A DNA stretch of 63,671 nt, counting the filler, from Octopus bimaculoides (Eukaryota): NCBI RefSeq assembly GCF_001194135.2. It is 5 parts of 4 records of this genome, joined end to end, with 100 filler letters (N's around TTAATTAATTAA, not from the genome) between each part and the next. Parts side by side here need not be neighbours in the genome. Positions count along the whole stretch, not along the records: positions 35,189 to 56,769 come from NC_068983.1; 4 more parts are not named here. One strand, 5' to 3'. The position numbers were made by a program, and so were the translations under genes. Below the pieces are notes generated by a model. That model had not been told where the DNA came from and searched no databases. It was given only the letters and a program-made list of their open reading frames with translations. This document shows positions 38,290 through 50,844 of the stretch, one piece after another (the stretch's first letter is position 1; each line of letters starts with the position of its first letter).

Positions 38290-41200
38290 TCCCAAATACT
38301 CAATCTCAGGACCACTACCATCATTGTTGGCACAATGAAAGGAAGGAAGGGAGAGATTATTGAAATGTTGGAGCGATGCCATGTTGATGTATGTGGTGTG
38401 CAAGAAGTAAGATGGAGGGAGGCATCAGCTAGATTCCTCATGGGTAAGAGACAAGAGATTCAAATTCTTTTGGCTCGGCAGGAAGGATGGAGTAGGTGGT
38501 GTAGGCATACTGTTAACAGAAAAGTGGCTAGATAAGGTAATTGAGGTAGTCAGAGTATGTGATACGGTAATTATGATGAGACTTATAGATAAATTAAAAG
38601 TTACATTTATCTCTGCCTATGCTCCTCAGTCTGGGTCGACTGATGATCAGAAGGACCAATTCTATGAGGTCCTTTTGCAGACAACCTCAACGACAAATGA
38701 CAGAGACTTTGTTATTGTGGCTGGTGACTTCAATGGATATGTTGGGCAACATCCCCATGGATTCCAAGGAGTGCATGGGGGCTGTAGCTTTGGACCTAGA
38801 AATGAGGAGGGAACAAGACTGCTGGAGTTCTGTGATGCAAATGATCTCATGATCTGCAACACTAACTTAAAAAAAACAGCCAGCCACCTAATCACTTATC
38901 AGTCTGGTGAACACATAAGCCAGATTGACTACCTCCACACCAGAAACTAGATAGATGGATGTTTAAAAATGCAAAGTCTTTCCCAGGTGAAGAGTGTTCA
39001 ATCCAACATAGGTTACTAGTTAGTGGCTTCAGAATTAGAGTTAGAAAGACTCAGAGAAATAAATCAATCTGGAAAAAAGACTATGGAAGCTCAAAGACCC
39101 AGCAAACAGAGATTTGCTAATGGAAGCTTCTGATGAAAGAGAGGAAGAGTTGGGGACATATAGCTTAGAGGATGATTGGAAGTTCCTGCAGGACAATCTA
39201 CTGAGGACTACAAATGAAATCTGTGGTTGGTGGAAAACCCCAGCTAGACCAAGGGTAACATGATGGTGGAGCAAGGAGGTTGACAGTGTCATAAAAACAA
39301 AAAGACAGGCTTGGAAAGATTGGGAAAATGGTGGAAGCAGAGAATTATATCAGGTAGCCAAAAGGGCAGGTAGGTGTCAGGTATACATAGCCAAAAGAGT
39401 AGCTGAAGGCAAGAGATTTGCAAATGTTCTACAGCATGAGGATCAGAGGCATGAGGTGTTCAAGACTGCAAAGCAGTGTATCAAAGAGAATAGAGATGTG
39501 GTAGGTGAGAAATGAGTGCAAATGGATAATGGTATGTTTGCACTTAGTGACTCAGAGAAGAAAGATGCATAGAAGTGTCACTATGAAAGGTTACTAAATG
39601 TGGAAAATGAATGGGAGAAAGAGAGTCTAATATATGTCGAACCAATTGAGGGAACAGCCATCAGGGTTGATAACAGCATAATAGAAAAGGAAATGAAGGA
39701 TATGAAGACAGGGAAAGCTCCTGGGCCATCAGGAATCACTGTTGAGATGATTAAAATTTCTGGTGGTGTAGGATAGAGCTTAGTCATATGTATAGTTAAT
39801 CAGGTTATTCAGGAAGGCACCATCCCCAAATGACTGGTGTAGTAGTATTATAGTTAGCTGCTACAAGGGTAAAGGTGATGCCTTAGATAGAAACAACTAC
39901 AAAGGCATTAAATTCTTTTCTACTCTAGGCACAAAGCCCCAAATTTTTTAGGACAGGGCTATTCGATTAGATCAACCTGAGTATGCAACTGGTACTTATT
40001 TTATCGACCCCGAAAGGATGACAGGCAAAGTCGACCTCGGCGGAATTTGAACTCAGAACACAAAGACAGATGAAATACCACTAAGCATTTCGCCTGGCAT
40101 GCTAACGTTTCTGCCAGCTCGCTGCCTTACAGAGGCATTAAATTGCTAGACCAAATCATGAAAGTTACTGAGAGGGTTATAGCTCAATCGATTAGATATA
40201 AAATTAAACTAGATGAGATGCAGTTTGGTTTTGTACCTGGGAAGAGTACCACAGATGCCATCTTCCTAGTGAGACAGCTGCAGGTAAAAGTAAGTTAATC
40301 ATTGTACTTACCTTTCGTTGCCCTGGAGAAAGCTTTCAACAGAGGTCCCTGCTCTGTTATTTGGTGGTCTCTAAGGAAGTTAGGAGTAGAGGGGTGGCTT
40401 GTTAGAGCTGTACAAGCCATGTACAGAGGTGCTGTCAGTAAGGTGAGAGTCGGCCATGAATACAGTGATGAATTTAGCATACAGGTAGGGGTTCACCAGG
40501 GCTCAGTTCTCAGACCGCTCTTATTCATTATAGTCCTCCAGGCCATAACAGAGGAATTCAAAACTGGGTGCATACAGGAACTGCTATATGCTGATGACCT
40601 TGCTCTTATTGCAGAATCTTTAGCAGAATTGGAGAAACAAAACCTGGAATCAAAGGGCCTTAAAGTTAACCTGGCAAAGACCAAAGTTGTTGTTAGTAAG
40701 AAAGAAGATAAAACTCTCTTTCCATCAAATAAATGGCCCTGCTCAGTATGTAGGAAAGGAGTTGGAAGAAATTCCATTTGCTACACCTAGCGTAAACTAT
40801 GGATACATAAGAGGTGCAGTGGAATAACAAGTAGATTAACAGATAAAGTTGTCTTTGTATGTGGCAGATGTGCAAGAACAATAAGCACTAAGAGCACACA
40901 GGACTTAGATTCTCTCAAATGTCCAGCAGGCTCTCTTGAAGTTGTAGATAGTTTCTGTTACATAGGTGATCAAATTAGCAATGGTGGAGGATGCTTTGAA
41001 AGTATTGTTTCTAGATTAAGAATTGGGTGGAGGATGTTCAAAGAGCTATTATCTCCGTTGGCAACAAAAGGACCCCCTCTCAGAGTGAAATGTAGACTAT
41101 ATCATGTTTGTGTGCGAATGGCTATACTCCATGGTAGTGAGACATGCAGAAGACATGCATAGACTGGAGAGAAATGAAGGTAGTAAGCTCCATTGGATAA

Positions 41201-42840
41201 GCAACAGCAGTGTGCATATACAACAAAGTGCAAATGTATTGGGAGAAAATTTGAGCATAAGAGGAATCAAATATTTCATGCAAGAGAGAAGACTACATTG
41301 GTTTGGACATGTGATGCATATGAATGAGGACAGCATAAAGAAGTACCAATCACTGAAAGTGGATGGTACCTGTGGAAGAGGGGAACTCAGTAAAACGTGG
41401 GATGAAGTGGTAAGGACCAATCTTAGGATGTTGGGCCTTACAGAGGAAATGACAATGGACCAAGATGTCTGGCGATATGAAATTCTTGAAAAAACTCACC
41501 CACATCAGCAAAACTGGGTTCTAGAAGCGCTGTATGTTCCACCCACACTTAACAAGAAAACTTCTCACACACTACCATAATAAACCAAACCACACCTCTA
41601 TATCTCTTCCCTTCCTCACATTTCCACTTCATGTACTATGCTTATCTTTCCCTCCCCAATCCTGTCCTCTTGGCCCTGTGCCACTGTATCATTGCTCTCT
41701 GCTAGCCCCCAACTTGTGGGTTCCACCCACATGCCCTGTTTCACTGTATCATTGCTATCTACTAGCCCCTAACCTGTCTGTCTCACCCACATGTAACAAA
41801 AAACATTTCACACACCCTACCCCAACAAACCAATCTACATCTCTTCTCTTCCTCATAATTCCTCCTTCATACACTATGCCTAGCTCTCACTCCCCAATCC
41901 TGTCCTCATGGCCCTGTTCCTCTGTATCATTGCTATCCAGTAGCCCCCTGACTCTATATATGCCCAGGTTTTCGCTACTCACCTCCGCTCCCTCCACACT
42001 CTTTAATCATGTTTCCTTTGCAATATCCTGCTATGTATATTATGACCATCGAACCTCAAGGGTATGCCTTGCCACTTGCCACCATCTATATCTCTCTCCT
42101 CTTTTACTCAACTATCCCATTTATATTCTGCTCCCCATCCCTTGTGAGTATGCCTGGCACTTTGCCACTATCTCTATTCTGCTGTCACCCACTCTCTTTC
42201 TCCTTCTCTTGTGCTTCACTCAGGTTGCGTAACCATGTATTTCCTTTGTGGCAGCACATCTTTTTCTGTGTTCATTCTCTCTCTATGTCTGTCTCTCTCT
42301 CTCTGTCTGTCTGTCTCTCTCTGTCTGTCTGTCTCTCTCTGTCTGTCTGTCTGTCTCTCTCTGTCTGTCTCTCTCTGTCTCTCTCTCCCTCTCTCTCTCT
42401 CCAGCCAGGTAACCTTCTATTTCTTCTACAGCAAGACACCTGTTTCTGTCTCTTTGTCTCCTTTCATCATCTGACACAAGATCATCTCCTCCAATGCCCC
42501 TTCCCCTCTCAAAAGAGATTTTTTTTGTGTTGCAAGTACTTGGTGACCCTGTCAGTGCAGGTGCCACTTAAAAGCACCCAGTCCACACTGTAGAGTGGTT
42601 GGCATTTGGAAGGGCATCCAACTGTAAAAACCTTGGCAAAACTGACCTTGCTTGTGCTTGTGCCACATAAAAAGCACTGGTGTTAGGAAGGGCATCCAGC
42701 TGTAAAAATTGTGCCAAAATAGTTACAGAAGTCTGGTGCAGGCTTCTACCTGGCTGGCTCTTGTCAAGGTGCCCCGCCCATGCCAGCATGGAAGGACGTT
42801 AAAAGATGATGATGATGATGATGATGATGACGATGACGAC
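38290..42840 (+). mobile_element. Near full-length RTE-clade LINE (APE + RT + 3' UTR), decayed
   Basis: APE motifs VGTMKGR..EI.EMLE, DVCGVQEVRW, AYAPQ and AGDFNG. RT motifs KAPGPSGI, QFGFVPGKSTTDAIF, LEKAF, QGSVLRPLLF, LLYADDLAL and GLKVNLAKTK. Pyrimidine-rich 3' UTR ending in (GAT)n. The 5' UTR may extend to ~37830. Confidence 0.92.
39915..40127 (-). mobile_element. SINE family B inserted in the LINE RT, 17-bp TSD
   Basis: TACAAAGGCATTAAATT (39898-39914) and TACAGAGGCATTAAATT (40128-40144). Removing the insertion restores NYRGIKLLDQIMKV. Confidence 0.9.
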
Positions 42841-43891
42841 GAATGTAATGTCATTTTTTAAAAAATTTCCATTTCCAAATCCATCTTTATATCACCAGAG
42901 GCTGACATGGTGTGTTTCAGGTTATCCTAGTTTTTTACCAATCATCACAGCTTAATCATTACTAATCCACCAACATTACTCAGAAGGTGATGTCATGTAT
43001 TTCAGTTGGTCTTAAGTTTTATAAATTAGCTGCATTCCACCTTTGTTAATTCATCATCATTACTTAAGTGAGTCATAGTGTGTTACACCTCAGTTTTCAT
43101 TAATCAGCTTGACCTCTTCGTTGTGTGTATATGTGTGTGTGTGTATGTATATGTGTGTGTATGTATATATGTGTGTGTGCTGATATATATATATATATCT
43201 TATTTGAATAAATTATTTGAATAGAAAAATCTTTCTAGAATTTGAAATTAGCTAATTTAAATATACCAGGAATCTAAAAATCATAATATTGGTATTTAGG
43301 CACAGGTGTGGCTGTGCGGTAAGAAGTTTCCTTCCCAGCCACATGGTTCAGGGTTCAGTTCCACTGCATGTCACCTTGGGTACGTGTCTTCTACTACATC
43401 CCCAAGCTGACCAAAGTGAGTGGATTTGGTAGATGGAAATTGAAAGAAGCGCATTGTGTATGTGTATATATATATATATATNNNNNNNNNNNNNNNNNNN
43501 NNNNNNNNNNNNNNNNNNNNNNNNNNNNNNNNNNNNNNNNNNNNNNNNNNNNNNNNNNNNNNNNNNNNNNNNNNNNNNNNNNNNNNNNNNNNNNNNNNNN
43601 NNNNNNNNNNNNNNNNNNNNNNNNNNNNNNNNNNNNNNNNNNNNNNNNNNNNNNNNNNNNNNNNNNNNNNNNNNNNNNNNNNNNNNNNNNNNNNNNNNNN
43701 NNNNNNNNNNNNNNNNNNNNNNNNNNNNNNNNNNNNNNNNNNNNNNNNNNNNNNNNNNNNNNNNNNNNNNNNNNNNNNNNNNNNNNNNNNNNNNNNNNNN
43801 NNNNNNNNNNNNNNNNNNNNNNNNNNNNNNNNNNNNNNNNNNNNNNNNNNNNNNNNNNNNNNNNNNNNNNNNNNNNNNNNNNNNNNNNNNN

Positions 43892-44265
43892 GCCAGTGGC
43901 ATGTAAATAGCACCATTTGAGCGTGATCATTACCAGCATTGCCTTACTGGCACATGAAAAAACATTTGAGCGAGGTTGTTGCCAGTGCTGCTGGACTGGC
44001 TCCTGTGCAGGTGGCACGTAAAAAACACCATTTTGAGCGTGGCTGTTGCCAGTACTGCCTGACTGGACCTCGTACCGGTGGCATGTAAAAGCACCCGCTA
44101 CACTCTTGGAGTAGTTGGTGTTAGGAAGGGCATCCAACTGTAGAAACTCTGCCAAATCAGATTGGAGCCTGGTGCAACCATCTGGTTTGCCAGTCTTCAG
44201 TCAAATCGTCCAACTCATGCTAGCATGGAAAGCTGACGTTAAACGATGATGATGATGATGATGAT
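43892..44265 (+). mobile_element. SINE family G (RTE-type tail); head lost in gap
   Basis: Matches 25975-26325 and 50070-50560. Ends GCATGGAAAGCTGACGTTAAACGATGATGATG. Confidence 0.8.
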
Positions 44266-45565
44266 ATATATATATATAAGTACATATATTTAATTGTCAC
44301 TAATTGTGACTGAGGATGCTGAATAGTACCTATACTGTAAGAAACAAGCTGAAACATTTAAGGCTACATGAAGTGCACAGTTTGTATACATTTGACAGGG
44401 GAGATAACTGCCCCATGAGCAAAGCTAAGAGCACTTGACCGGTTTCATCTGTTAGTTGCAGACTTGTCAGCAATGACTACTCAATTGCTCTAATGGTTAA
44501 GCTAAATCCATTTGTCATACATATACCATATATACCCTGTTAGTGTATATAAACTGTGTGCTTCATGTAACTCTTATTTCTTGCAATATATGTGTTATTC
44601 AGCACCTTCAGTCACAATCAGTGACGATTAAATTTTTCCTAATGATTTTTATATTGTGCCTAACTGTTTATATTACACTGACAATTTTGTTTAAAATTTG
44701 TGTACTAACTAGAAACTCGATTTGTCTTGAAGCTTAAGACTTCTGCGTTAGTAATGCAAAAACTTTTACCATTTTGCTTCTACATTGTACTATCCAGCTC
44801 ATGCAAGCATGGAAAACCAGAAGTAAAATGATAATGTGTGTAGTAGTTACATGCTATTAGGATGAGCACTGTTTTATGTTGGTGCCAAAATATGAGTAGA
44901 TTATTACATAATTTATATTTCATTATTTACTTAGTCTAAGGAGAGCTGTATCTCTGTCCTTCAGAGCAGGAGTCCCTAATCACTGAGCCACAGACCAGTA
45001 CCAGATCACATAGAAAAATTTTTTAAATTTTATTTCTATTTTATTATCTATTGCAGTCTGCAGCATGTTTTTGCATTATATATGTTATATACATAATATA
45101 CATGTACTATATATGTAATGGTTAAATTATATACTATATCATACAAGTTCTAGAATTTGTAGCCATTGTGAAGGTTTTAGTTTTATGACTACACCAAATT
45201 GTCATCATTGCTTTTATTATTTCAAGTTCACTTTCAATGCTGTTGTAGACTGGATGGTTTGACATGATTTAACAGGCTGATGGTATTTGTCCAAACATGT
45301 AGTTAGTAGTTGACTTCATCCAACTGTTAGCTGACATCTCACTGACACGTCTGGCTGTGAATATTTACAGCTCTAAAATTATTGTAATCATCTATTAATT
45401 AATTAAGTTTAGCTTTTCAAAAACTATTTAACATATTAGAAACATTTTTTTCTGCTGCTTTAAATTTGAATGGATTTTGTAAACAGAAACTGTAAGAATC
45501 TCATTGATATATAAATATACATACATACATACATACACACATACATACATACATACATGCATACA

Positions 45566-45614
<49 letters not shown>

Positions 45615-45892
45615 NNNNNNNNNNNNNNNNNNNNNNNNNNNNNNNNNNNNNNNNNNNNNNNNNNNNNNNNNNNNNNNNNNNNNNNNNNNNNNNNNNNNNN
45701 NNNNNNNNNNNNNNNNNNNNNNNNNNNNNNNNNNNNNNNNNNNNNNNNNNNNNNNNNNNNNNNNNNNNNNNNNNNNNNNNNNNNNNNNNNNNNNNNNNNN
45801 NNNNNNNNNNNNNNNNNNNNNNNNNNNNNNNNNNNNNNNNNNNNNNNNNNNNNNNNNNNNNNNNNNNNNNNNNNNNNNNNNNNNGAAACAAT

Positions 45893-45960
45893 TAACCCTA
45901 ACCCTAACCCTAACTCTAACCCTAACCCTACGGTTAGGGTTAGGGTTAGGGTTAGGGTTA
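45893..45960. repeat. Interstitial telomeric repeats, (TAACCC)6-TACG-G(TTAGGG)4TTA
   Basis: Read directly; one unit is the variant TAACTC. Confidence 0.95.
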
Positions 45961-47168
45961 AAGCAAATTTAAAATGAAAAAAGCAAATAAAACGAAGAAC
46001 CGTTTGTTTATGTAGTCGGCACTTAATGTATATCGGCTGAATGGACGTCAGTGATTGGTTGAAATTATCAAAATAAGACAATTTTTTACATGAAATAAAT
46101 TCGAATATAAAAATATTTTTCTGTTCTATAACACAAAATAGATAAGTATACGAAGTTTGAAAGTCTTTCGGTACCAAAAACGCTACATAAAACATTAATG
46201 AAAAATGTGGCCCCCGTTTTAAAAAAGATCCTATGTCTGTGTATGGGTGTATGTATATTTGTATCTCCTTGTCTTGACATCATATGATAGTTATGGATGA
46301 AAGTCATTGACATATATGCTGTGTCATTCATTTCCACTATTCTGTGAGAACATGTCTGGCCATGGGGAAATATCTACTTAGGTTGCAAACAGATGAGGGT
46401 TGTTGATAGAAAGGCTATCCAACTGTAGAATATCTGCCTCAATAAACTTTGTCTGGCCCATGTAAACATGGAAAAAAGGACATTAAAATGATAGTGATGA
46501 TGAATTTTCTTTTGTGGTTTAGTCAGGGGAAGAAGGGAAGTATTCTTGACCAGTTTTAGAGCTTCTGAGATATATGGGAAGAAGTGGATGGGTGATGGTT
46601 ATTCTTCAAAAAGAAGTCTACAAAATGGACTCTTCTAAGGCCACTCACGAACTGGGCATCTGATTAATTGAATCTTCCTCCCACAAACATGAATGGCCTC
46701 TCCAACTGGTTTTCACACAATTTTATTGTATCAAATTTTCACTTATAAGGCCCAAAACTATGGTAAAAGACATTTCTTAGGATTGAACTTGAAACCATGT
46801 GGTTGTGAAGTGAAGTTCTTTACCACACAGCCTTGCCTGTACTCATTAAAGAAGGGCAGTGTATTGTAGCATTGTCATAGATATAGTGTTTATATATCTT
46901 TAAAAAATGTTAACAATTATTTATTTAAAATATAAATCTATAAAACTATTTAAATGTTTTCAAATCATATGACTTTCCTTTCAAAAAGAAAAAAGAAACA
47001 TCACAATGACCTATAATTGATAAATTAAACAAAACTATACACACATACTTTACTCTAATTTTATTTGTTATTTTCAAACCAATGGTAAAAAAAAATCTGA
47101 AATATTTTCTGATTCAATTATAATAAAAGCATATTGTTTTATATTTTATTAACAAAATATACAACGTA

Positions 47169-47563
47169 GGCGTAGGAGTGGCTGTGTGGTAAGTAGCTTG
47201 CTTACGAACCACATGGTTCCAGGTTCAGTCCCACTGCGTGGCACCTGGGGCAAGTGTCTTCTGCTATAGCATTGGGCCGATCAAAGCCTTGTGAGTGGAT
47301 TTGGTAGACGGAAACTGAAAGAAGCCCGTCGTATATATATGTATGTGTGTGTGTGTGTGTGTTTGTGTGTCTGTGTTTGTCCCCCCAACATCGCTTGACA
47401 ACTGATGCTGGTGTGTTTACGTCCCCGTAACTTAGCAGTTCAGCAAAAGAGACCGATACAATAAGTACTAAGTATACAAAGAATAAGTCCTGGGGTCAAT
47501 TTGCTCGACTAAAGGCGGTGCTCCAGCATGGCCACAGTCAAATGACTGAAACAAGTAAAAGAA
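47169..47563 (+). mobile_element. SINE family A, full length
   Basis: A box TGGCTGTGTGGTAAG, B box GGTTCAGTCCC, CORE-like TGGGGCAAGTGTCTT and an A-rich end. Confidence 0.9.
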
Positions 47564-47595
47564 TAATGGGAGTCTTTTTTGTTGCTCATGAAATA

Positions 47596-48090
47596 CAAGG
47601 TGCATTCCAGAAGTTTTGAGACTTTTCCAGGAGAGACATCTACTAATTTCAGCCTAGTACAAAATTGTAATTTCCCTCAAAGTAGGATCTGTTTACTTCG
47701 GGGCACTTATTGTAGCACACCAATCACTCTATGAAGGTCTCATTGAAGTCCTCCAAAGTGAAGATGTCCAAGACCCTTGTTACAACCTTCTTCATTTTCT
47801 CCTTCAGCTTGGCAAACACCCAAAAGTCACATAGAGCAAGGTCTGGACGGTAGGGAGGGTGAGAAACAATTTCGATGCCTATCTCTGTCAAATAGTTGGC
47901 TACCAGGATGAAATTGTGGACTGGTGCAGGTACTTTTTCTTGAACTCCTTCAAAACCTCCACAAAGTACTCTTTGTTGACTGTCTTGCCAGAAGGAACTC
48001 AGTGAATGTAGATGATGCTCTTGCTGACAAAAAAAGGGGATCACCATAAGCTTCTCAGTGGACTTGCTTTGCCTGGCCTCAATGCCAACA
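47596..48090 (-). mobile_element. Mariner transposase C-terminal remnant with one TIR
   Basis: HPPYRPDLALCDFWVFAKLK (mariner YSPDLAP motif) and VPSGKTVNKEYFVEVL in another frame. TA|CAAGGTGCATTCCAGAAGTTTTGAGACT TIR-like end. Confidence 0.85.
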
Positions 48091-48624
48091 AAAAGCAGAT
48101 GCTTGGTTCATGCAAGTTAATCGATAAGCAGTCTGGAACATTTCTTAAGTTTCTGTAGCATTTTAGCCCAATATAACAATGCATCATAGTCGTGGTCATT
48201 GATGGTACCATGTAAATGGCACCCGTGAATTGTCATGGTCAATACCGATGCCATGTAAATGACACCCATGCATTGTAGCCATGCTGTCACTCCTATCTTC
48301 TTTGGCACTGGTTCCATGTTAAAATACCACCAGAGCTCTCTGAAAAATGGTTAGTGTTAGGAAGGGCATCTATCTGTAGGAATGAAGGTCAAAAGGAAAC
48401 TTACAAGCAAAATGTGGTCTTCCAAGCCATCTAGGACATCAGTATTTACTTGTCCAACACCTGCCAGCTTGGAAATCATCATCATCATTGTCATCACTTA
48501 ACATCTGTTGTCCATGCTGGCAAAAGTTGGGTGGTTTGATCAGAGCTGGCAGTCTGATTTGGCATGGTTTCTATAGCTGGATGCCCTCCCTAACACCAAC
48601 CACTCTACAGAGTGTGCTGGGTGC

Positions 48625-48890
48625 TTCTAACGTGGCATCGCATGGGCCCTTTTACATGGCACTGCATGGATGTTTTTATGTGGTGCTGCATGGGTGCTTT
48701 TATGTAACACTGCATGAGTGCTATCATGTGGCACCACACATATGCTTTTAAGTGGCACTGCACAGGCACTTTTAAGTGATGTCACACGGGTGCTTTTATG
48801 TGGCACTGTACGGGTGCTTTTACGTGGCACCACACAGTTATTTTTATGTGACACTGTCATAAATGCTTTTTACATGGCACTGGCCCAGGA
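48625..48890 (+). repeat. Degenerate 24-bp minisatellite (~11 units)
   Basis: Anchors every 24 bp from 48633 to 48849. Consensus TGGCACTGCATGGGTGCTTTTATG. Confidence 0.85.
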
Positions 48891-50069
48891 CTCTTGTAGG
48901 TCAATCCTCACCATTGGTGGAACCAGTCTTAACACTTCTGCAGCGGAGCATGGGTCTTCTTGAATACAGCAAGGTGCTAAGCATCTCAGTCCTTTGTCAC
49001 GTTACCTGAAATGTTTGGCATCCCGAGGTTGTTCTTCAGCACTTTGTCTAATGTCTTCCTGGGTCATGGAAAGTGGACATAAAATGATGATGATGATGAT
49101 GATGGCCATGATGACATCATCACAACTACCTCTGCTACTGATGTATCACAGTGTTAAAACAATAAATAAAAATGTATTTCCTGTTTCATAAGATACCAGT
49201 CTATCAGGCACAAGGCAGGAAAGCACTTCAGAGATTCAGCTCAGATCAAAACAGCCCAGCTAGATTTATACATTGTGATATTTTATGCCATCATCATCAT
49301 CATCATCATCACCACCACCACCACCACCATTACTGTCACCACTGTCACTACCAGAAGCCATCATTGGCTGTTGCAATTAGTGAAACTTTTGATCAGTAAA
49401 TACCATTCCAGAAATTGTGAATGATATTTACATTAGTGGAGATGACAAATGAAAGACAGGCTTTTATATTATAATTAAACATCCTTAATCAAACAGCAAC
49501 AACAACAATAACAAAAACGTTCCGGATGTCCGATGTCTGATCAGAAAAATATATGGCCACACTGCAATTTTGCTTTGCCAGGATATCCAGTAATGGCATG
49601 ATCACTTGTTTTATTGATGCTAATTGCATAATTTATGGTTAATATATGCTTGTAGTAAGGTTGTGAGCTGGCAGAATCATGAGCATGCCAGACAAAATGC
49701 TTAGTGGTATCTTATCTGTCTTTACATTCTGAGTTCAAATTCTGTCAAGGTTAACTTTGTCTTTCATCCTTCCAAAGTTGATAAAATGAGTACCAGTTGA
49801 GCACCGGGATTGATCTGATCGATGTATCCTCTCTTTGCTAGCCTTGTGCCACAATATGATATGCTTCTAGTTGAGAAGTAAGCTTTTTAACACACAGCTA
49901 TGTGTGCATAGTTTTCTCACAGGGTATTGGTCAGCCCAAGGCCCTGGTAGAAGGCACAACCATGTAGTGAAATTGAACCCAGAACCAATTATTATTTATA
50001 TTATTGTTATTGTTGTTTAGCTCTTAGTCAATCCTGATTGAGTAGGCCTAATCATAATTGAACCATACT

Positions 50070-50560
50070 CGATGACTGGCACCTGCGCCAGTGGAGCACT
50101 AACAGAACTGTCCGAGCGTGTTCATTGCCAGAGCAGCTGTCTGGCTTCCGTGCTAGTGGCCCATAAATAGCACCATTTGAGCGTAATTGTTACCAGCGTT
50201 GCCTTCTAGCACTTGTGCTGGTGGCACATTAGAAAATCATTCGAGCGGCTCCCTCCCATGCAGGCTCCCTCCCATGCAGGCTCCCTCCCATGCAGGCTCC
50301 CTCCCATGCAGGTGGCACGTAAAAAACACCTTTTTGAGCGTGGCTGTTGCCAGTACCATGTGACTGGCCCTCATGACGGTGGCATGTAAAAGCAGCCACT
50401 ACATTCTTGGAGTGGTTGGCGTTAGGAAGGGCATCCAGCTGTAGAAACTCTGCCAGATCAGATTGGAGTCTAGTGCTGCCTTCTGGCTTGCCAGTCCTTA
50501 GTCAAATTGTCCAACCCGTGCTAGCATGGAAAGCGGACGTTAAACAATGATGATGATGAT
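50070..50560 (+). mobile_element. SINE family G containing four perfect 16-bp repeats
   Basis: (GGCTCCCTCCCATGCA)4 at 50247-50310. Confidence 0.85.
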
Positions 50561-50813
50561 ATAATAAATAATTTGGACAAATTACCCAGGTGCCTGCATA
50601 CAGCTAAATACACAATCACATACTACAATCTAAACCATACCTAACTAATGCAAATCTAACACCCACAACTCGAATTAATCCTTCCGAGTTAAAACCTCAT
50701 GTATTAAATAAACCCAGTATCCAAGTAACATGTATTTAGACATGTACATTTACAATCCAGATGTGCATATGTATACATGTATCTATATATTTATGTATAT
50801 ATTTGTATTTGAA

Positions 50814-50844
<31 letters not shown>

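Noticed and set aside
44290-44480. Minus-strand 58-codon open stretch (LTDETGQVLLALLMGQLSPCQ...)
   Set aside because: Weak acceptor and no recognisable homology; expected by chance.
45893-45960. Chromosome end-to-end fusion scar
   Set aside because: The repeat orientation is opposite to that produced by telomere fusion, and the array is very short.
47169-47250. tRNA genes at SINE heads
   Set aside because: A/B boxes only; no complete cloverleaf, and each continues into a SINE body.
48625-48890. CRISPR-like array
   Set aside because: Contiguous degenerate units with no unique spacers, no cas genes, and a eukaryotic context.
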